A stretch of DNA of 44,296 nucleotides from Campylobacterota bacterium (GTDB lineage Bacteria; Campylobacterota; Campylobacteria; Campylobacterales; Sulfurospirillaceae): contig RZYK01000001.1 in the NCBI GenBank assembly GCA_009930355.1, forward strand, positions 1 through 44,296, given 5' to 3'. Below are positions 39,112 to 44,296 of the stretch, in pieces. Position 1 is the first letter of the stretch. Each line of letters begins with the position of its first letter. The translations under genes and the position numbers were made by a program. The notes beneath the pieces are model-generated. The model was not told the origin of the DNA. It worked only from the letters and a program-made list of their open reading frames with translations, and did no database searches.

Positions 39112-41457
39112 CTATTTAACAATGTTAAAACTAAAGTAGCGTGAACTAAAACCACTATTTCCAATACTTCGATATTGAACACTTGCGGCTTCAAAATTTC
39201 CAATTTCTTGATATAACAAACCTAGAGCATAGCGACTCTCTGGATTGGTAGGATCTGTTAATTTAGAGAGTTCGAGCAAAGCAATCGCATTTTCACTATG
39301 CCCTGCGCCAATGGCCGCAACAGAAGCTAGAAAAATGGTATGGGTATCTTTTTTCTTATAATCATCAATCAGTTTATTGTAAAGGGTAAATGCTTCTTCA
39401 AAATGGTTAGTATAAATTTCCATAAAAGCGACTGTTTGCATAATAGAAGGAATATCCTCGAGTTCTTCCTCCATTTTGGCTTTTACGCTATCACGTTTTT
39501 GGTGGAGTAGTCCTCCAATTTGCAATAATTTTATATATTGTTCTTTCACAATTTTAGGGCCATAATAAAATGCATCATAATCAAGAGAGAGCTTGTTAAA
39601 CTCCATCTGAACAGCTTTAGCGTAATTTTTAACATTTTGTTTTTGATGCTTAACATTGAAAGAAATGATGTTTGCCATAATATCTTTGGGTAAAAGTGCT
39701 TGAAGTTTTTGTGAATTTTGCCTGTAACTGCGTTCATTACTTAATTTTTGTGAAGCGATAATATTTAAAATAAGACTCAAGGGATTATCATCTTTTTCCA
39801 TTTCTAGCCATCGTGTAAGTGAAAAATGGTTTCCATCGCTTAGATAAATGAGGGATATATAAAGATTTTCTTTTTCCAAACTTTGATTGTGAGAAAGACT
39901 CTCTTTAACATCTTCTGAAAGTTTGGTGACATCTTTGCCAATAAGATTTCCACTCATGATAGCAAAAACACCTGCTAGATAGTTATTGTTGTCAAGATGG
40001 TAACTTTTTGAGAAATTTTTATAGGCATTAGCATAATCACCTATTTGTGCATTTGTCAGTGCTAGATTGTAATGTAAAATAGAGTGATTTTTATACTCTT
40101 CGACCATTTGTGAAAAAATATCATTGGCTTCATAAACATGAAAACTGAGAGCTTTTTTAATACCTTTACTAATGGCAATATTGACTTTAGAAATAGTAGA
40201 ACTTGCTTTTAAATAGGAAAGTGCTGGACCTATTTCATCGATAAAAATATTCATACTTCCTTTTCGAATATAATCAATCGTCTGTTTGGCATCAAATACC
40301 TTATAAGGGGCATAGTAAAAGAGAAGATTATAGATATTTTCATTGTTAAAGAAAAGTTCTTTTTCAAATTCAGCTTGTGCTGTTTGAACATCAAAGAGTG
40401 AAGGTTTTAAAATAGTATGCATTTTGTAAATGGCTTTTGCATCAGGCGTGTTGATTTTATAGACCTCATTGATAAGTGAAGCGGTGTTTTTCAGGTTTCC
40501 AAGCTTGTTTTCAACCATTGAAAGGGCTATTTTTATTTGAGAATTTTCAGGATTATTTTGTAAGGATTTAAGTAAATGAGATTTTGCGGTTTGATAATTA
40601 CCTGTTTTGGCATATAAAAGCCCTAGTGTAAAATAGTCACTCTCTTGTTTGACGCTTTCAAGCGTTGAGAGTGATAGTGTATTGTGGTTTAAGGAGGCCA
40701 AGATTTTAGAAGCCAAATAGGTTTGATCTTCTTTATAAAACTCCATATCAGGATGGCGAATAGCACTAAGAGCTTCATGGTAAAAATTTTTATAATAATG
40801 TACCAATCCCACATAATATGAATATAAAGGAGCATTGCTCTCTTCTGGTAGATACGCAAATGCTAGGTCAATATAGTATGCAAACAGTTTGTCATCTTTA
40901 AGTTCTAAAGCACACACTGCCGCATTAATAGCACTGATACACCGATGTTCTTTATTTTGAATCGCTTTTTTAAATGCTTCAAGTGCTTCTGGAAAATTTT
41001 GTTCTTTTAATTTGGCCACACCGATGTTATAAAATGAGATAGCTTCATTAAACGTGGCTATTTTTTCATAGATTTTAAGTGCTTCATCTTTATTTCCTTG
41101 CTCATAAAGTAAGTGAGCTTTTTTAATCAAACTATCTAATTTTGATGGAGAAAATTGTTCTTTAATGTAAGGTTTTTCTTCTTCTTTTTCGATAACGGTA
41201 GGTGTTATGGGCGTCTCTTTTTTTGAATTTAAAATAAGAAGAAGAGCTACAACAATACCTAGAAGAAGAATAACACCCGCAATGAGTAAAATAAGTAACT
41301 TCTTTTTAGATTTTTGTTGTATGAACTCTTGATTGAGGGGAAGAACTTCAGACGCGGTTATTTCATCTGTGCGTTCTTCTTCAATAGGTGCAAAACTCTC
41401 TTCTGTATCATTAGAAGAGGCATCCGCTTCAAGAATAATAACTTCTTCTTCTGCCAT
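39112..41457 (-). CDS. pflB: Membrane-anchored TPR protein, probable flagellar motor accessory PflB homologue
   Basis: Acidic N-terminus, single TM helix, many TPRs; follows aroK-trpS-serS as Cj0390 does in C. jejuni. Confidence 0.6.
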   Translation of the reverse strand: MAEEEVIILEADASSNDTEESFAPIEEERTDEITASEVLPLNQEFIQQKSKKKLLILLIAGVILLLGIVVALLLILNSKKETPITPTVIEKEEEKPYIKEQFSPSKLDSLIKKAHLLYEQGNKDEALKIYEKIATFNEAISFYNIGVAKLKEQNFPEALEAFKKAIQNKEHRCISAINAAVCALELKDDKLFAYYIDLAFAYLPEESNAPLYSYYVGLVHYYKNFYHEALSAIRHPDMEFYKEDQTYLASKILASLNHNTLSLSTLESVKQESDYFTLGLLYAKTGNYQTAKSHLLKSLQNNPENSQIKIALSMVENKLGNLKNTASLINEVYKINTPDAKAIYKMHTILKPSLFDVQTAQAEFEKELFFNNENIYNLLFYYAPYKVFDAKQTIDYIRKGSMNIFIDEIGPALSYLKASSTISKVNIAISKGIKKALSFHVYEANDIFSQMVEEYKNHSILHYNLALTNAQIGDYANAYKNFSKSYHLDNNNYLAGVFAIMSGNLIGKDVTKLSEDVKESLSHNQSLEKENLYISLIYLSDGNHFSLTRWLEMEKDDNPLSLILNIIASQKLSNERSYRQNSQKLQALLPKDIMANIISFNVKHQKQNVKNYAKAVQMEFNKLSLDYDAFYYGPKIVKEQYIKLLQIGGLLHQKRDSVKAKMEEELEDIPSIMQTVAFMEIYTNHFEEAFTLYNKLIDDYKKKDTHTIFLASVAAIGAGHSENAIALLELSKLTDPTNPESRYALGLLYQEIGNFEAASVQYRSIGNSGFSSRYFSFNIVK

Positions 41458-41458
41458 C

Positions 41459-42703
41459 TTACATGTACTTTTTTAAGACTTCAGGAATGGCAACACTGCC
41501 ATCTTCTTGTTGGTAATTTTCCATAATGGCGATGAGTGTGCGACCCACGGCTAAAGAAGAGCCATTGAGCGTGTGTACTAAACGGTTTTTACCCTCATCT
41601 TTAAAGCGAATTTTAGCTCGTCTGGCTTGAAAGTCGAAGGTATTAGAGACAGAGCTAATTTCACGGTAACGGTTTTGCCCTGGAAGCCAGACTTCCAAAT
41701 CCACCGTTTTTGCAGCACTAAAGCCCAAATCTCCACCACAAAGCATCAAGTGACGGTGCGGGAGACCTAAGGAGCTAAGTAAATCAGAAGCACATGAAAG
41801 CATCTCTTCAAAAACCGTTTCGCTCTGTTCTGGTGTGGTAATTGAAACCAACTCTACTTTATCAAACTGGTGCTGGCGAATCATACCTCTTGTATCTTTT
41901 CCCGCACTGCCTGCTTCTTTTCGAAAACATGCAGAATAGGCAGTCATTTTAAGAGGGAGTTCTTCTTTGCTTAGAATTTCATCTCTAAAAAGGTTGGTGA
42001 CAGGCACTTCAGCGGTAGGAATCAAAAAGAGCTCTTCACCATCAATTTTAAAGAGGTCATCTTCAAATTTAGGGAGTTGTCCTGTTCCCATCAGCGTTTC
42101 ACGGTTGACAATGTAAGGAACGGCTACCTCATGAAAACCACGGCTTCGGTTAAAATCAAGCATATAGTTAATGAGCGCTCGCTCTAATCTGGCAGCGTCA
42201 TTTTTTAAAACACTAAAACGGCTTTTGGCAAGTTTTACACCTCTCTCAAAGTCAATCCAGTTTTGTTTACTATCAATATCCCAATGCTCTTTGGGAGTAA
42301 AGGAAAACGTTTTAGGTTCAAGCACACGTTTAAGTTCCACGTTGTCATTTTCATCTTCACCTTCAGGAACAAAAGAAGAGGGCATATTCGGAATAATGGT
42401 CGCTAGTGCTTCAAGCTTCTCTTCTAAGGCACGAACCACCTCCGTTTTCTCAGCGATTTTTTCTTTGTTTAAAGAAAGCTCTGCTTTAAGCGCTCCCACA
42501 TCTTTGCCTTCTTTGGCATAAACCCCAAAGAGTTTGCTTTTAGCATTTTGTTCCGCTTGGAGTGGCTCTAAAACAAGACGCACACTTTTAAGTTCCAATG
42601 AAATAGCACGAAGTTCTTCCAAAAGGCTCTCATCTACTTTTTTCTTTCTGAGCGCTGTGGCAACAGTATCAAAATCATTTTGAATCAGTTTAATATCTAG
42701 CAT
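41459..42703 (-). CDS. serS: Serine--tRNA ligase
   Basis: [49 protein letters not shown]. Confidence 0.97.
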   Translation of the reverse strand: MLDIKLIQNDFDTVATALRKKKVDESLLEELRAISLELKSVRLVLEPLQAEQNAKSKLFGVYAKEGKDVGALKAELSLNKEKIAEKTEVVRALEEKLEALATIIPNMPSSFVPEGEDENDNVELKRVLEPKTFSFTPKEHWDIDSKQNWIDFERGVKLAKSRFSVLKNDAARLERALINYMLDFNRSRGFHEVAVPYIVNRETLMGTGQLPKFEDDLFKIDGEELFLIPTAEVPVTNLFRDEILSKEELPLKMTAYSACFRKEAGSAGKDTRGMIRQHQFDKVELVSITTPEQSETVFEEMLSCASDLLSSLGLPHRHLMLCGGDLGFSAAKTVDLEVWLPGQNRYREISSVSNTFDFQARRAKIRFKDEGKNRLVHTLNGSSLAVGRTLIAIMENYQQEDGSVAIPEVLKKYM

Positions 42704-42711
42704 ACGTTTCC

Positions 42712-43677
42712 TTAACGGTAAATTCCAACAAGATTACGAATCATATCCATTTTTGCAGAAGCAATGTGACGTGCTTTAGCGGCACCTTCATCAAGAATGG
42801 CGATGACTTCCTCTTTATGCGCTACATAGTAGGCTCTTTTTTCACGAGCAGGTGCAAAATAGTCCCAAATCAGACCATTGAGGTAAGCTTTAAAATGCCC
42901 ATACCCTTCACCGCCCTTTTGGTAGCGCACTTTGAGTGCTTCTAGTTCGTCATTTTCTAAAAAGAGTTTAGCTAGAGCGTACACGTTACATGTAAAAGGA
43001 TTTTTAGGCTCTTCCATCGGCGTTGAGTCGGTTACAATACGAGAAGTTGCTTTTTTAAGCTCTTTCTCACTGCAAAAAATATCAATGGTATTGCCATAAC
43101 TTTTACTCATTTTTGCCCCATCAAGTCCGGGGACAGTGGCGACGTTTTCATCGACTTTAAATTCGGGTACTTTAAAAATATCACCAAAATCGTTATTAAA
43201 TTTAATGGCGATGTCACGGGTAATTTCAACGTGTTGGATTTGGTCTTTTCCCACAGGGATCACTTCTGAGTCATAGAGCAAAATATCCGCAGCCATTAAA
43301 ACAGGATAGGAAAATAAAGAGTGATTGGCAGCAATGCCTTTGGCGACTTTGTCTTTGTAGCTATGGGCTCTCTCTAAAAGTCCCATCGGCGTATAGCCTG
43401 AGAGTATCCAGTAGAGTTCTAGTACTTCTTTGACATCAGATTGTGCCCAAAAGGTGACCTTGGTGTGATCAATGCCTAAAGAGAGAAAATTAATCGCCGC
43501 ATCAAGCGTATTATGCTTAAGTGCCTCGCCATCTTTTAAAGAGGTGAGGGCGTGGTAATTGGCGATGAAGATAAATAAATCACTTTTTTCTTGAAGGTCA
43601 ATCATCTGTTTAATCGCACCAAAATAGTTTCCTATATGCAGTGCACCTGAGGGTTGAATTCCTGTTAATACTCTCAT
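42712..43677 (-). CDS. trpS: Tryptophan--tRNA ligase
   Basis: [35 protein letters not shown]. Confidence 0.97.
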   Translation of the reverse strand: MRVLTGIQPSGALHIGNYFGAIKQMIDLQEKSDLFIFIANYHALTSLKDGEALKHNTLDAAINFLSLGIDHTKVTFWAQSDVKEVLELYWILSGYTPMGLLERAHSYKDKVAKGIAANHSLFSYPVLMAADILLYDSEVIPVGKDQIQHVEITRDIAIKFNNDFGDIFKVPEFKVDENVATVPGLDGAKMSKSYGNTIDIFCSEKELKKATSRIVTDSTPMEEPKNPFTCNVYALAKLFLENDELEALKVRYQKGGEGYGHFKAYLNGLIWDYFAPAREKRAYYVAHKEEVIAILDEGAAKARHIASAKMDMIRNLVGIYR

Positions 43678-43686
43678 AAATCTATC

Positions 43687-44250
43687 CTACTCTTTCTCTT
43701 TTTTCTCTTTTAAATTGAGTAACATAATTAAATCCCGTACGATATCATTCACACTGCGTTCTTCTACATCGATGATGATATCGGCTTTGGATTCATATAA
43801 AGAAGAACGTTCATTAAATAAAGCTCTTGCTTTAGCTTCGTTGGTAAGCAAAGGACGTTTTGCAAGTTTTAAGTTAGCATTTTCATGTTCTTTTAAACGT
43901 TTTAAAATACCATCAAAAGAGGAACGCAGGTAAACAATTGTACCCATACGATCTAGATTATCGACTTTAAAAAAACCACCACCTGTCGAGATAATGGCAT
44001 TTTTGACATTTTTTTCTAACCATTTAGCCGTTTTTTTCTCTAATTTACGGAAGTAAGCTTCGCCATCTGTTTCAAAGATGGCTTTGATTTTTCGGTTTTC
44101 CATACTTTCGATTAAATCATCTGTATCTAAACCAAAACATTTGGTTTTTTTAATGAGTGCTCGTGCAATGGTTCCTTTGCCAACACCCATAAAACCGATA
44201 AAAACGATATTTTTATTCTTAAGATTCTTCACCGCTATTTTCCTGTTCAT
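43687..44250 (-). CDS. aroK: Shikimate kinase
   Basis: IGFMGVGKGT, DTD, GEAYFR, STGGG, RPL; ATG at 44250. Confidence 0.92.
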   Translation of the reverse strand: MNRKIAVKNLKNKNIVFIGFMGVGKGTIARALIKKTKCFGLDTDDLIESMENRKIKAIFETDGEAYFRKLEKKTAKWLEKNVKNAIISTGGGFFKVDNLDRMGTIVYLRSSFDGILKRLKEHENANLKLAKRPLLTNEAKARALFNERSSLYESKADIIIDVEERSVNDIVRDLIMLLNLKEKKEKE

Positions 44251-44296
44251 TGTCCCTCTCCCCTTTAGCACGAGGATAGAGCAAAATCGGTGATCC
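44219..44296 (-). CDS. der: 3' end of an upstream gene, probably the ribosome biogenesis GTPase Der
   Basis: Open frame GSPILLYPRAKGERDNEQENSGEES* resembling the Der C-terminal G(T/S)PI motif; der-aroK order as in Campylobacter. Confidence 0.5.
   Translation of the reverse strand, partial: GSPILLYPRAKGERDNEQENSGEES

Noticed and set aside
49-44293. Numerous 60-120 aa antisense or nested ORFs in the six-frame track
   Set aside because: All overlap well-supported genes and show no recognisable domains; treated as shadow ORFs

Overview
AT-rich chromosomal window from a Campylobacterota (epsilon-proteobacterium, Sulfurospirillum-like by gene order and protein style; taxonomy is inferred, not proven). 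Bases 1-28.3 kb are a single-direction, mosaic surface-glycan cluster: ugd, EPS-type MarR regulator, galE, UDP-GlcA epimerase, manC, four-helix-bundle (IVP/Avd-like) gene, gmd, fcl, AlbA_2/ATPase/HTH gene, wzx, second fcl, a poly-G-frameshifted methyltransferase, CgeB-like GT, B12 radical SAM, RmlD-like SDR, cupin, second ugd, two near-duplicate epimerase-GT-gmd-GT2 modules and wecA. It runs directly into pglB (STT3) and pglG, then core genes hisH-hisA-cheY-prmA-ftsH-psd-like-pssA-leuA on + and der(3' end)-aroK-trpS-serS-pflB-like TPR on -. Main unexplained signal: about 15 short arrays of 3-5 degenerate 7-nt units (ACTCACn/ATTCAAn and the complement nGTGAGT), many as inverted pairs. They bracket the four-helix-bundle gene, sit in-frame inside manC, gmd, fcl, wzx and ugd, and one precedes an orphan duplicate fcl 3' end; together this suggests an undescribed repeat plus four-helix-bundle system acting on glycan loci. 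Other highlights: a strongly over-represented palindrome TTACATGTAA (10 copies found by eye), a Leu-rich leader peptide upstream of leuA with no intrinsic terminator, and a G7 tract that switches a methyltransferase off.
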